A DNA stretch of 64,000 nt from Minisyncoccota bacterium (GCA_041389025.1 JAWKSP010000002.1:21246-85245), one strand, 5' to 3'; shown: positions 48,544 to 58,798, counted from the stretch's first letter. Numbers and translations: made by a program. The notes: generated from the letters alone by a model not told the origin.

Positions 48544-50598
48544 CTACATACCATCTGTTGAGATACTTCTCTCAGTTTTTTCGAACGGCAGTATTTCCAT
48601 ATCTGATACAGTATTCACCGACTGTTCTGTTTCACTTTTTTTAGTGTTTATTTCCAAATCTGAATCAGTACTAATTGATTTCATATTTAGAGTTAGATCA
48701 TCATCTGCCGAAACTGGTTTGGTACTAGTCGATACATTATCAGTCTGGTTAAATTCATCAAGATCAATATCGTCATCTATATCATTTTTTACATCAAGTG
48801 TTTTTACTGAAGGTTTGGTTTGAATCATAGCTCTTATTTCATTGGTAGACTCACTATCCGGTATTTTATCAGGAAGATCTCTTGGTAAGGTGTCTAATTG
48901 TATGAATTCTTTAGAAAAAATGTCATACCCTTTGGTTACAATATCACCATTAGCATGCAATGAATCATACACCAAAACCATCCTCGGATTATCCACCGAT
49001 AGACCTTCTGGGTCATTTACACTCAATATATTTCCAGTAGTAATATCATACATTTCAATGGTTTTTTCACCGGCTCGGTTATGCTTATTCCAAATAACTA
49101 ACGATCCTTGTATTCGAGGTCCCATATTATGATCATTGCCATCAGTTATTTGTTCTTGTTTTTTCCCATCGTATAAAATAATATTCCAACTGTTTCCAGT
49201 CCATCTTTGCCAAACCACATAATTACCCTGCTTCGCTGGTTCGGTATTGTTTACAGTATCGTTTGTAAGTTGAGTCTCTTTTTTTGTATCCAAATCATAC
49301 AAAATAATTTGATATCGATCACTAATCATTCTGTGCCAAACAATAGTATTTGTTTTTTCATCATAATAAGGAGAAGCATCTGGAACATTGTTGTGAGTCA
49401 ATTGAATTTGCTTATTTTCTTTTGTTAGAAATATTTCTAAATCACCATCTTCATCAGGAGCTGCAAATAGATCATCTTTTAAATGCTTGTCTGCTGACTC
49501 ATAACAGTAATACGAACCAGTAGCAAGTTTTGTACAGTCATTTTCATTAAATTGAAAGGCTGTGTCGTTTTTAACATATGCGACTAATGGCTCATTAGAT
49601 TTTAAACTTGAAGTAGCTGTGGTAGCGATCGCAATTTTTTCTTCTGTATTAATATTATCTAAACTTTCTTGATTATCATTAACTTGGTCACTGTAAGGTT
49701 CTTTTTCAATTTGATTTTCGTTGCTTTTGTTTTCAAAAACTGTTTTGTCGTTTTCATCTACTTCATTTATAACATTAATTTTATCTTCCATTTTCTCAAC
49801 TGACTTAGTTTGAACATTAGCATCAACAGAATCTACCGTGCTTGATGTAGAAGACTGTTTTGTTTGTAACTGTGTGCTGGAAGCATAAGTTTCTTGAAAA
49901 TCTTTTTCATCAATAACATACACATCTTCAGATAGATTGTTAGTTGAAGATGCTTTTTTAGTGGAAGACGCGTTATCTAATTGTCGTTTTGATTCTTTCT
50001 TTTCAATCTCAAAATTGTTTGTGGTTGTTATTGAAGTTGAACTATTATTATTCATCTCGGTTACAGTTTCTTTGTTCATTTGTGTTTTTTCATAGGAAGA
50101 TGAAGCAAAGGTTTCTGATTTACTTGTAATATTTTGTTTTTTTTCAATCACATCGACTTGAGGAGAATCATTGTTGTCTATTGACACCACTCCTTCCTTG
50201 TCTTTAGAATTGTTTTCTTTTGGCTCATTTTTATTTTCAAGTGACTCTTCAGATATTTTTTTGTTATCAGTTAATGGTAGATTTTCAATTTTTCTTGTAT
50301 CAACCTTTTTTTTGTTACCTTCATTATTTTCGTTCTCTTCCACATCTTCATCATATACTCCAATTTCTTCCACCATCGTCTCTGCTATTGGTTTTGCAAC
50401 TTCATTTGCATAAGCCAAACCAACTCCTTGAAGAAAAAAAGAACAGAGCAACACAAAAACTCCAAGGTAGCTTGGCAAAGTTTTGTAAACATATCTATAA
50501 AGAGACACCTTATATATAGCGCTAAATCTTTTTACATTCACTGAAGAAGTGTTTTTATTGTTTACTGTTTTTTTGTTTGGTTTTGTTTCCTTATTCAT
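48544..50598 (-). CDS. Exported protein with low-complexity stalk and TolB-like beta-propeller region
   Basis: TM/signal, E/N/K/S/T-rich region, repeats QLTHNNVPDASP / QLTNDTVNNTEP / QITDGNDHNMGP. Confidence 0.7.
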   Translation of the reverse strand: MNKETKPNKKTVNNKNTSSVNVKRFSAIYKVSLYRYVYKTLPSYLGVFVLLCSFFLQGVGLAYANEVAKPIAETMVEEIGVYDEDVEENENNEGNKKKVDTRKIENLPLTDNKKISEESLENKNEPKENNSKDKEGVVSIDNNDSPQVDVIEKKQNITSKSETFASSSYEKTQMNKETVTEMNNNSSTSITTTNNFEIEKKESKRQLDNASSTKKASSTNNLSEDVYVIDEKDFQETYASSTQLQTKQSSTSSTVDSVDANVQTKSVEKMEDKINVINEVDENDKTVFENKSNENQIEKEPYSDQVNDNQESLDNINTEEKIAIATTATSSLKSNEPLVAYVKNDTAFQFNENDCTKLATGSYYCYESADKHLKDDLFAAPDEDGDLEIFLTKENKQIQLTHNNVPDASPYYDEKTNTIVWHRMISDRYQIILYDLDTKKETQLTNDTVNNTEPAKQGNYVVWQRWTGNSWNIILYDGKKQEQITDGNDHNMGPRIQGSLVIWNKHNRAGEKTIEMYDITTGNILSVNDPEGLSVDNPRMVLVYDSLHANGDIVTKGYDIFSKEFIQLDTLPRDLPDKIPDSESTNEIRAMIQTKPSVKTLDVKNDIDDDIDLDEFNQTDNVSTSTKPVSADDDLTLNMKSISTDSDLEINTKKSETEQSVNTVSDMEILPFEKTERSISTDGM

Positions 50599-50698
50599 TA
50601 AACACAGCCTACTCGTAGCGGAGAGTAGTTTTGCCCATCACACTATAAATAATAGCAATTTTCATAGCCTTTTTAGATGTTATCAACAGTTGGCGAGC

Positions 50699-51451
50699 TT
50701 ATAAATCCATGAAGGATTTAGCTAGAATTATAGAAAAGTCAACAAACCCCATTTCTCCATCACCGTTAAAATCGTAAGTTTTTTGTTTAGAGTGCCAAGC
50801 AGACATAAAAGCACTTACATCCTTTAAAGTAACATTACCATCACCATCAATATCAGTGTTTACACTAAGTTCAGCCAAAGCTTTTACAGTAGAAAGATTT
50901 TCACCTTCTGAATATATATAAAGACTGGTTTTTCCAATTTCAGAATCATTGGTAAAAGCAACTTCAGAACCAGTTCCGTCACCCGCCAATAAGCTAGCTT
51001 TATCCAACACCAACTCCGTTTGTCCGGTTGATTTAGCTTTTACGTTAATGGTACCGATCAAATGTTCGCCCATAAAACCCCGCTTAAATGTCCCACCACT
51101 AAATCTAACTACATTTTTTTCGATCTTTGGGTCTTCTGTCCATATTGTCAAAACCGATTCTCCAATGTTAACTCCGGTAATCTCAACCAAATCAGGTGAG
51201 TACTTAACTGATATGTCAACGGCATTTACTGCAGTTTTAGCACCAACAAAAACATCAACTGAGAAACTTTCTCCTTCTATCACCATTTCCTTTGAAGAGG
51301 TTAACTTTACATACGATTTATCAGAAGAAATTACATTCGCATAATACAAACCAGTGATAGTAAATAATATAGGAAAAATGAATGCAAAACGAACAGTCTT
51401 TATTCTCTCTACTTTTCTGTTTTTGTTTACATTAAGCATTTTAAGCTTCAA
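50699..51451 (-). CDS. Cohesin-like plus dockerin-like protein
   Basis: GESFSVDVFV..AVNAVD..VKYSPDLVEI..SVLTIW..P..FSGG; C-terminal DIDGDGNVTLKD and DFNGDGEMGFVD Ca-loop pair. Confidence 0.75.
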   Translation of the reverse strand: MKLKMLNVNKNRKVERIKTVRFAFIFPILFTITGLYYANVISSDKSYVKLTSSKEMVIEGESFSVDVFVGAKTAVNAVDISVKYSPDLVEITGVNIGESVLTIWTEDPKIEKNVVRFSGGTFKRGFMGEHLIGTINVKAKSTGQTELVLDKASLLAGDGTGSEVAFTNDSEIGKTSLYIYSEGENLSTVKALAELSVNTDIDGDGNVTLKDVSAFMSAWHSKQKTYDFNGDGEMGFVDFSIILAKSFMDL

Positions 51452-52115
51452 TCAAATTCGAACGTATTGTGGAAGCTTTTTCAGTCACCACAATCAGTTT
51501 TCCTTTTATGTTACTAGCTTTATCTCTTAATTCAATTATTTCTTTCGAACGCAAATCATTGGTTTGTAAAAGAGACAAAATTATTTGTCTTTGCACTGTG
51601 ACCAGCGACTCAAATTCATCACGAATACTTTTCTCTAATGAAACTAATTCTTTCCAACCACTAATGTCCACTGCAACCTCATCAAAATCTCCCAGAATTG
51701 AGCGCTGTAGAACCATTTGCTCAACAATCTCTATCTCACGTTGCAGTTGACTTAACATCACCGTACGTTGCCCCACAAAGACGTATCCGCATTGATTAAA
51801 AAGACTGTTGAGCTCTGTTAGTTCAATTTTGGTTAAACCTTTGTCCAGTGACGACAATAGTGAGTCAAACTTTTGTCTAGTTTCAATTGGACATTTAGGC
51901 ACAACTGCTTCAGTTAATTCATTTCCACCACCACGACCGGTAATGGAAGCTAATTCCTTAACTAGAATAAGCTGGTTTTCAATTTCGTTATCTAATAAGA
52001 TTTTTACTGAATTAAGTTTTTTGTCACTAATGGCAGTTGATAGAAAATATATAACCAATATCCCTAAAACTATTCCGCCGATAAATGTATACTGTCTTTT
52101 GGTTGTTTCTGTCAT
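51441..52115 (-). CDS. Membrane-anchored helical/coiled-coil protein
   Basis: N-terminal TM, heptad-rich body, one Cys pair. Confidence 0.7.
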   Translation of the reverse strand: MTETTKRQYTFIGGIVLGILVIYFLSTAISDKKLNSVKILLDNEIENQLILVKELASITGRGGGNELTEAVVPKCPIETRQKFDSLLSSLDKGLTKIELTELNSLFNQCGYVFVGQRTVMLSQLQREIEIVEQMVLQRSILGDFDEVAVDISGWKELVSLEKSIRDEFESLVTVQRQIILSLLQTNDLRSKEIIELRDKASNIKGKLIVVTEKASTIRSNLIEA

Positions 52116-52186
52116 AATATATATTAAATTTAATTTTTACAATTCTATCACAATTTAATAAGCCTGATTTCGCTAAACATCGATTT

Positions 52187-53952
52187 TTATTTGTTTAATT
52201 CATCGATATCGTTTAATTCTTTTTCAATTCTATACTTGGATGAAGACAGAGCCGATTTCATACCGGTAACCACATCATCTTCAGCTTTTGTGAGTTTTTT
52301 CGTGCGCCGTGAGTTTACAAGTTCAGTTTCATAAGCGTCCATAAATCTTTCTAGCTCCGTAAACTCCCGTTTCAAGATGGCGATGGCTTCGGTGGATTCG
52401 GTTTGTACTCGCTTTCGATAGCGCTTAAATCTCAGCAAGGTATACCAAATCAAGAAAGCTAAAAGAGTCAATGTGCCTACTAGTGGAACTATTACCGATA
52501 AAATATCCACTACATAACTACCAATCCTAACAAATCCCGGTTCTTGAACTGCTATTCTAATTGATTCAGATCTTTCGGATACCGCGCCAAAAGCGTCAGT
52601 TGCCACGACTTCTAACTCATAAACACCCTTTGATAGAGTACTTTCCGGTATAAAGACAAATTCACCACTTTCGTTTGCTTTCAAATTATATTCAATTTGG
52701 TTGGCGCCAACCTTTTTTAAAAAGACATTAACATCTGAACCTGGTCTGGTCATTCCTTTAATAACCGGTATAACTTGATCGTTTATTTCATTTGGGTATT
52801 CGGTGAAGGTAGGCTTATCAAATGCGGTAATTGTAAATGAATAGGTTGAAATCAAAGCATTTCCAGCACCATCAATAGCTTCTGCCACTATAGAATGATA
52901 TCCAGGGGATAAACTAGGGAGTGTGAATTCACCAGTTTCATCTATATCAATAAACTCAACCGGCTCTTCTTCATCGATTTTAATCTTATAGTTTTTTACG
53001 CCTGATGTCTCATCTTCTGTTTCAAACAAAAGAGTTTGGTTCGGCGAGCTAAAATCAACACCTTCTGGAGAAGTGATAGTAAACAAAGTCGGTGATTTAC
53101 TATCGACCGCCAGACGGTAGTGAGCCACTTTACCCCAGCCGTTTTCATTTTTAAATTGCAAATGGAAATATAACTCACCTTCCGGTAACGAATCTAAAGT
53201 AATGGTGTTAATTGGTGTGTTATAGACCTTGGTTGGTATGGAACTTGGTGTGGTATCCAATAAGGTTCTAACTGCCACAATGTCGTTTGGCACAGTCCAG
53301 TTTAAAATTGCTGTATCATTTTTATACCAAGAATTACTGTCAACGTGAGTGGATGATGTTATTTTTGGTGTTTGCGGAGTATTCGCCACTGGCACATACC
53401 AACCACCTCCGGTTCCGGCTGAGAACTCACGGCTTGAATAGTGTACGTTCCACCGACATATTTGAAATAATGTTTGAACCCATTCCATCGTTAGCCAGCA
53501 CCGGACCCATCACCAAATGAAACCTTAGCCGAATTAGCAGAAAGAGTTTTAAAGGTGACATTAAAAATGTTACCTGAAGCACCAGAGTAACCACTAGGTT
53601 TTCCGCCACTAAAGGTAATTGTGCCGGCACTATTAGAAAAAGTTGGTTCTGTTACCCAGAGATTGAATATAGAAGCTGACTTGTCGATTGATACTACAGA
53701 TAAGTGCTGTGGATTAAATTTTAAAGTACCTTCCGCGGCGTTTATGCTTTTGCCACCGGTATTTACAGTGATTGACGCAGTGAAAAGTTTATTTATCTGA
53801 TAAACACCGGTGGAAGGCGTAACTGAGAGTGTAGCAGCGTTTATAGTTACTGGAAAAAAGACAACAATGCTTACTAGATAAAACCTAAATAACCAATTCA
53901 ATTTACTGTTTATCGAAAGAAAGAACTTACTTTTAAAGATGTAACTTTGCAT
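52187..53952 (-). CDS. Cohesin-like plus Ig-like domains, C-terminal TM and cytoplasmic coil (frameshifted at ~53400-53504)
   Basis: Three single-base indels restore ...SFGDGSVLANDGMGSNIISNMSGGTYTIQAVSSQPEPEVVEYVPVANTP..., joining ORFs 53491..53952 and 52187..53488. Confidence 0.7.
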
Positions 53953-53955
53953 GCT

Positions 53956-55047
53956 TTATTTTTGATTACTTGATTCTTTATCAAAGTCAGCTTCTTCATC
54001 ATTGGTTATTTCACCTGCTACCTCACTTTCGACTTCTCTTTCTAAGGCTTCTTTTTTTCTTCTTCTGACGTAGTAAATTGAAGTGAAGATAATTATGACC
54101 AGCACGACAATAGATACTATCGCTACCATATTTAGAGAATTGTTTTTAAATCCTGCAACATCAGACCGTAATGATTCATCAGGTACTAAGGTAGCCACAT
54201 ATTCATTACCGGCCTTATCAAAGGCTCGTACTCTAATAGTGCTATTTAAGGTCTGATCGTCCAGTATGTAAGGACTATTGGCTTTAACCCATTCTTTTCC
54301 TACTCCGCCCCAAGCAAAACTACTAAATTGAGATAATGGTTCTTCCATCACTTCATAGTGACTTATACCAGTCTGTTTGTCCTTCGTTGAGAAAATAATG
54401 TAATAACGGCCGTTAAAATTAATTCCTTTTTCATCTCTGATCAGATTGATACTGAATTCCTCTGGTGGAAGATCGTCTTCACGAACCAGTCGATGCCAAT
54501 CATCAGTAATATTAGCAGCCGGATCATTCTCCAAAGCAACCTTCATACCGTAAGTAGTGAGCGGGGCTTTAGTACCCTGCCCGTCATTTAGTAAAATTTG
54601 CGTGGTTGGCAAGAAGGAAACTACAGCTTCAGTACTGGTAGATTTTACACCGATTTGCAAACCTGGAGATCTAAACATTATCTCAGCAATAATATTTGTA
54701 AGACTAGGATCCCCGTCAACACGACCACAATATCCATTTGGAATACCTCCGGCAAAGGATATTGTCCTATCTTCTTTGTTAATAGTTGGCTCCTCGATCC
54801 ATACACTCAAAATAGATTTACCAATAGAAGTATCGACTGGTTGAATATTTTCAGAATATTCTAAAACCGCATCGATAACATTAATACATTCTCCGTTTTC
54901 TTTGTCCGGCATTAATCTAACAGCAGATATAAGAGTATCGCCACGATGTAAAGTTGCGGTGGCTGGATCAATATATAAAGTCGCCGCTAAAGTTTGATTA
55001 CTAGTTATAAGAAGAATAGAAACCAAAAAAGGAGTTAGGTATTTCAT
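53956..55047 (-). CDS. Cohesin-like protein with Ig-like domain and C-terminal TM anchor
   Basis: ATLYIDP..CINVID..LEYS..SILSVWIEEP..FAGGIPNG..LLNDGQGT; TM followed by RRRKK. Confidence 0.75.
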   Translation of the reverse strand: MKYLTPFLVSILLITSNQTLAATLYIDPATATLHRGDTLISAVRLMPDKENGECINVIDAVLEYSENIQPVDTSIGKSILSVWIEEPTINKEDRTISFAGGIPNGYCGRVDGDPSLTNIIAEIMFRSPGLQIGVKSTSTEAVVSFLPTTQILLNDGQGTKAPLTTYGMKVALENDPAANITDDWHRLVREDDLPPEEFSINLIRDEKGINFNGRYYIIFSTKDKQTGISHYEVMEEPLSQFSSFAWGGVGKEWVKANSPYILDDQTLNSTIRVRAFDKAGNEYVATLVPDESLRSDVAGFKNNSLNMVAIVSIVVLVIIIFTSIYYVRRRKKEALEREVESEVAGEITNDEEADFDKESSNQK

Positions 55048-55114
55048 ATATTCTAAATTATATCAAATCTTTATCAAACCTAGTTTAAATATATACACAA
55101 CTTTAGACAAACAA

Positions 55115-55145
55115 AAAACCCGTCTCGTGGTGGGAGATAGGTTTT
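55115..55145 (-). terminator. Probable terminator after the WxL-like gene
   Basis: Imperfect AAAACCCGTCTC...GAGATAGGTTTT hairpin with U-tract on the minus strand. Confidence 0.5.
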
Positions 55146-55180
55146 CTGTTTTAAACTCCAAGCTTGAAGCCAATACTGTT

Positions 55181-56330
55181 TTAAAATACTGGCGTTGCTA
55201 CGTATGTCAGCGTAGCAGTATAGTCATCTGCTGCTTCTTGCAAAGCGGTTGCTTCAACGGTGTAACCAATTCTAGCTACACCGACACCGTCGTTGGTGCC
55301 ATTAGCAGGACCGTCGTTTCTGAATATCTCTACCGGAGTAGTTGATGCTGAAACGTAGGCTCTACCTGAACCACCAACATCAAACTCATCAGATAGACCG
55401 GCTGTTACAGTTGAGTCGTTCGAAGTTATACCCCAATGTCCATAAGTATCTTCATTTCCAATCGTTTCAGACGGCGATACCCAAAGAGTAGGTGTTGAGG
55501 TGTATGCACCATCAGCAAACCCATCTATATCTGCACCAGTTGCAGATATTAGTTGTCCATCTGCCTGAACAGTAACCACAAAGCCGTTGGCGGCGTTAGT
55601 GCTTACAGAAAGATCCTGAGCAATTGTGGCTGGTGTATCAGCCGCAAGTGTACCAAAAGGAATCGTGGTTGGTGTTGAAGTACCAGTTGTTGTATCCTGA
55701 TTGACACCAAGACCGTTTCCAACACCATTTACCGTAAAGTTAAAGATTGTATCTACTGATGCAGTAACTGTTACTGTATCTACAATAGCAACTCTAGTTT
55801 GTCCAGTGTCTGTTCCACTATCAATATCAACATCGATAGTGTAAGAACCAGAGGTTGGGTTGGTTATTTGGTTTGTTCCAGTTCCATTGGTGGTAAAGCA
55901 TACCAATTTGAATTGTTACGGTAGCCCCTGCACCAATGGTGTCTGTACCGCTAGTTATGTCTATAACCTGACCGGCTGTTGTAACATTCCAGTCAACACC
56001 ATTAGCCGCTCCATCGATAAGAGACTCTTCGGTTCCTGATACATTCATATCAAGATCTTGAGCTACTAAACTACCGATACCTGTAAAACCTGACTGAAAA
56101 GTGAGGGAGATTACTCCACCTGCACCTAAACCAGTCGGTGTAACAAAACTAATTGTGTGATCAGAAACAGTTGAAGGAGCTGAATCTGAAAGAGTGTCGC
56201 TAAAGTTTGTGACATTTGCAGCTTCCACAAACCTAATCATAGGTAGGCCTATTGACCAAAGTACTATGGCTATTATTGAAGTCACCGCAACAGCTTGGAG
56301 CAATGAGAACGAAAATAGCGTTCTTAACAT
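55181..56330 (-). CDS. Secreted WxL/pilin-like putative major subunit (~382 aa; +1 frameshift at ~55896)
   Basis: Removing one base from the 55895-55897 run joins ORFs 55827..56330 and 55181..55906 (..TIQIGMLTTNGTGTNQITNP..); Thr/Gly/Ser/Asp-rich, ends YTATLTYVATPVF; long leader and own terminator. Confidence 0.7.
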
Positions 56331-56546
56331 ATTGCTCTACGTTGTATTAGTCCACAGTCCGGATCTAACACGTCGCGACTCCGTGCTTCCGAATGGTTAA
56401 ATTAACCATGCAATGTGAGGTCTCCACTCCGCACATCTAAAAAAGCACTGTAAACATATCTGCTTTGTAATACTTGGCTGAAGTACCCAAGTTACGCGAC
56501 AAACTTGCAGTGAATCTAAAATGGTTCACCTCCAAAACAGATACAT
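56331..56546 (-). promoter_or_regulatory. Long structured 5' leader (candidate cis-regulatory RNA)
   Basis: Minus-strand pairings TATCTG/CAGATA, ACTTGG/CCAAGT, GTGCTT/AAGCAC, ATGTG/CACAT and ATGGTTAA-t-TTAACCAT. Confidence 0.45.
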
Positions 56547-56606
56547 TTTTATTTTAACTTTTTTCTAAAATTTAAAAGCGTACTTATACACAAAATTTGA
56601 AAAAAC

Positions 56607-57770
56607 TTAACCTGTCCAATTAAAAAGTAAGATTGAAAAATCTTCTATGCCAACCTTTCCATTGCCGTTTATGTCAGCGGACGGATTTGAATTCCCACCG
56701 TCACTTCCCCACCAAAAAATCAAAATAGAAAAGTCCACCAAGTTTACATTGTTATCACGATTTAAATCTGATGAGGTGGTGATCTTACCCTCCACACCAA
56801 CAAACAACTGTAAAGCTGTACTGAAGCTACTTTCAGTCGTTAGTGGTTCTACCCCAGTAACTGAACGGACTTTGATATTGTGTTCATCAACCGAAAGTTT
56901 TGCAACATTTAATATTCCAGACCATTCCCCGTCCGAATCAGAATTAAATGTCTGCAACAGATTTGTATTATCAGCAAAGACTTCAATCTTTGCATTTGGT
57001 ACAGATTGCCCGCTAATCGTTACTTCATCACCAAAGTCGATCTGTTGGTCAGAAAGACGTATGGTTGGTGGTATTATAATACCCGTTAAATTAGTTATAG
57101 CCCCATGTGTTACGTCAAAAGTAGTGTTGAATGTAACTGATTTCGTACTTTTGCTGTCAGTAGCCCAAAAACTGAGTGAAGCAGTTCCTGGTGAAGCTTC
57201 AGTTGAAAAATCAAACTCACCAGAACTATCTGCTTTTACAGTACCAACTTGTTCGGTATCCAGCAAAATATTTACTATTCGACTTGGATAAGATTTTCCT
57301 GATATGCTAATTTCGGTATCATTTAGTTTTTTTGTACTTCCTCCTCCACCGCCACTATTTCCACCAGAACTACCACCACCACCAGAGCCAGCCGGTTCAA
57401 TTTTACAGATTGCCGAGCAAAAATCTCCATTGTCATTATTGCCATCATCACACTCCTCACCGTAAGTGGTTTGCAAAATACCGTCTCCGCAATATGGTCC
57501 CCAGAGACAAGCTGGGGTACACTGCCTGCCTACGATAGTGGTACTGTAGACACCTGTTTCTCCCGGCGTATCACATTGTTCGTTACTATCCACCAAGGAA
57601 TTACCGCAAATACTTAAATTCACTGTTGTGGTGGCAGAAGTTGTAGTGGCGCCGTATGCTTGTGACACACTCAATAATTGCAAAATAAAAAGCACAATGC
57701 ATGATAAGGCAAAACAAAGAGTTGTCCCTTTACTTAAATCTAATTTTAGTAGGGTTTTAAAAAACTTCAT
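56607..57770 (-). CDS. Secreted protein with Cys-rich DUF4215-like repeats, Gly linker, Ig-like domains and C-terminal dockerin-like domain
   Basis: CGNSLVDSNEQCD, CGDGILQ..EECDDGN..CSAIC; DLNRDNNVNLVDFS and DINGNGKVGIEDFS. Confidence 0.78.
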   Translation of the reverse strand: MKFFKTLLKLDLSKGTTLCFALSCIVLFILQLLSVSQAYGATTTSATTTVNLSICGNSLVDSNEQCDTPGETGVYSTTIVGRQCTPACLWGPYCGDGILQTTYGEECDDGNNDNGDFCSAICKIEPAGSGGGGSSGGNSGGGGGSTKKLNDTEISISGKSYPSRIVNILLDTEQVGTVKADSSGEFDFSTEASPGTASLSFWATDSKSTKSVTFNTTFDVTHGAITNLTGIIIPPTIRLSDQQIDFGDEVTISGQSVPNAKIEVFADNTNLLQTFNSDSDGEWSGILNVAKLSVDEHNIKVRSVTGVEPLTTESSFSTALQLFVGVEGKITTSSDLNRDNNVNLVDFSILIFWWGSDGGNSNPSADINGNGKVGIEDFSILLFNWTG

Positions 57771-57777
57771 AATTATC

Positions 57778-58707
57778 CTATTTCGCTTTATATCTTGACC
57801 GAGCAAAATATAGCATTAGGATGATCACTATAAAGACAGGTAATAGAATTGATACCTTGTGCGCAAACGATAAGCCAAAGAAGCCAAAGCCGGCAGTTTG
57901 CAACGTACCGTAAGGGAGAATACTTAAGTTTACCTCACCTTCTTGTTTAACATCATCTCCATTATAAATAGTATATCTGGCAATGTAACTACCGGCCGGT
58001 AATCTGGTTGGTATTTCCGCAACGACTTCTTCAGTGGCGTATGGTTCAATCTTAGGTACTTTTCCTAAGTTCTTAGTTTCTTCAAGCAGTACCTTCCCGC
58101 CAAAATCAAAAATTCTAAATTCCACCTTTGATGGTGAAATATTTACATTTCCAGTGTTTTCAATCAACATTCCGAAATTAATTTTTCCTGGAAAATATAG
58201 CCAACCGACTTTCTTCCCTTCATTCAAATCAGACACAGAAATCTTCCTGACCCGAAAGTCTTTAATTTCCCTATCGATAACATTTAGATCAATATCCACT
58301 TGAGCTCCCAAAGATATATTTACTGCTCCGGATGACACTTGATTATCATCGGGAACAGTTTTAATTCGCATAACACCTTTATAATCTTTAAAGTCGGCGT
58401 CTTTTGGCACTTTTACTCGCACAGTCATTGGAACCTTTTGTTCTCCTCTTGGTAAAGGAATGGTATAACCCTCAACTACTTCTATCCAATCCTGTATCTC
58501 AGGTGCGTCAATAGTTATTTGAGCTTTTAGTGGAACATTTGGATCACCTCTTACTAAAAGTATCTGTTGTTCATAAGTTGAATTTCTGGTTAGACTGGTA
58601 TTTTTTACATAAGGAGGTGTAATACCAAAACCAGCTCTGGCAAATTCAATTGATACTAAAAAAAATAGCAGAGTTACCGCAATCAGTTTTCCCAACCCTT
58701 CTTTCAT
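57778..58707 (-). CDS. DUF916/chaperone-like protein with C-terminal TM
   Basis: Start MKEGLGKL; GFGITPP..DWI..VKVPKDADFKDYKG..IENTGNVNISP; C-terminal TM. Confidence 0.7.
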   Translation of the reverse strand: MKEGLGKLIAVTLLFFLVSIEFARAGFGITPPYVKNTSLTRNSTYEQQILLVRGDPNVPLKAQITIDAPEIQDWIEVVEGYTIPLPRGEQKVPMTVRVKVPKDADFKDYKGVMRIKTVPDDNQVSSGAVNISLGAQVDIDLNVIDREIKDFRVRKISVSDLNEGKKVGWLYFPGKINFGMLIENTGNVNISPSKVEFRIFDFGGKVLLEETKNLGKVPKIEPYATEEVVAEIPTRLPAGSYIARYTIYNGDDVKQEGEVNLSILPYGTLQTAGFGFFGLSFAHKVSILLPVFIVIILMLYFARSRYKAK

Positions 58708-58745
58708 GAGAGTATTATACACAATGATAATTATCTGAAAAAATG

Positions 58746-58798
58746 AACAAAAAGGCAACAACCACCGTCTGGATAACGGTGGTTGTTGCCTTTTTGTT
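58746..58798 (-). terminator. Perfect 23-bp inverted repeat terminator
   Basis: AACAAAAAGGCAACAACCACCGT-ctggata-ACGGTGGTTGTTGCCTTTTTGTT. Confidence 0.8.

Noticed and set aside
55890-55900. Programmed frameshift or phase-variable tract in the major subunit
   Set aside because: Only a 3-nt run, with no slippery heptamer or simple repeat.
50699-57770. True cellulosome
   Set aside because: No glycoside hydrolase or CBM motifs recognised, and no multi-cohesin scaffoldin.
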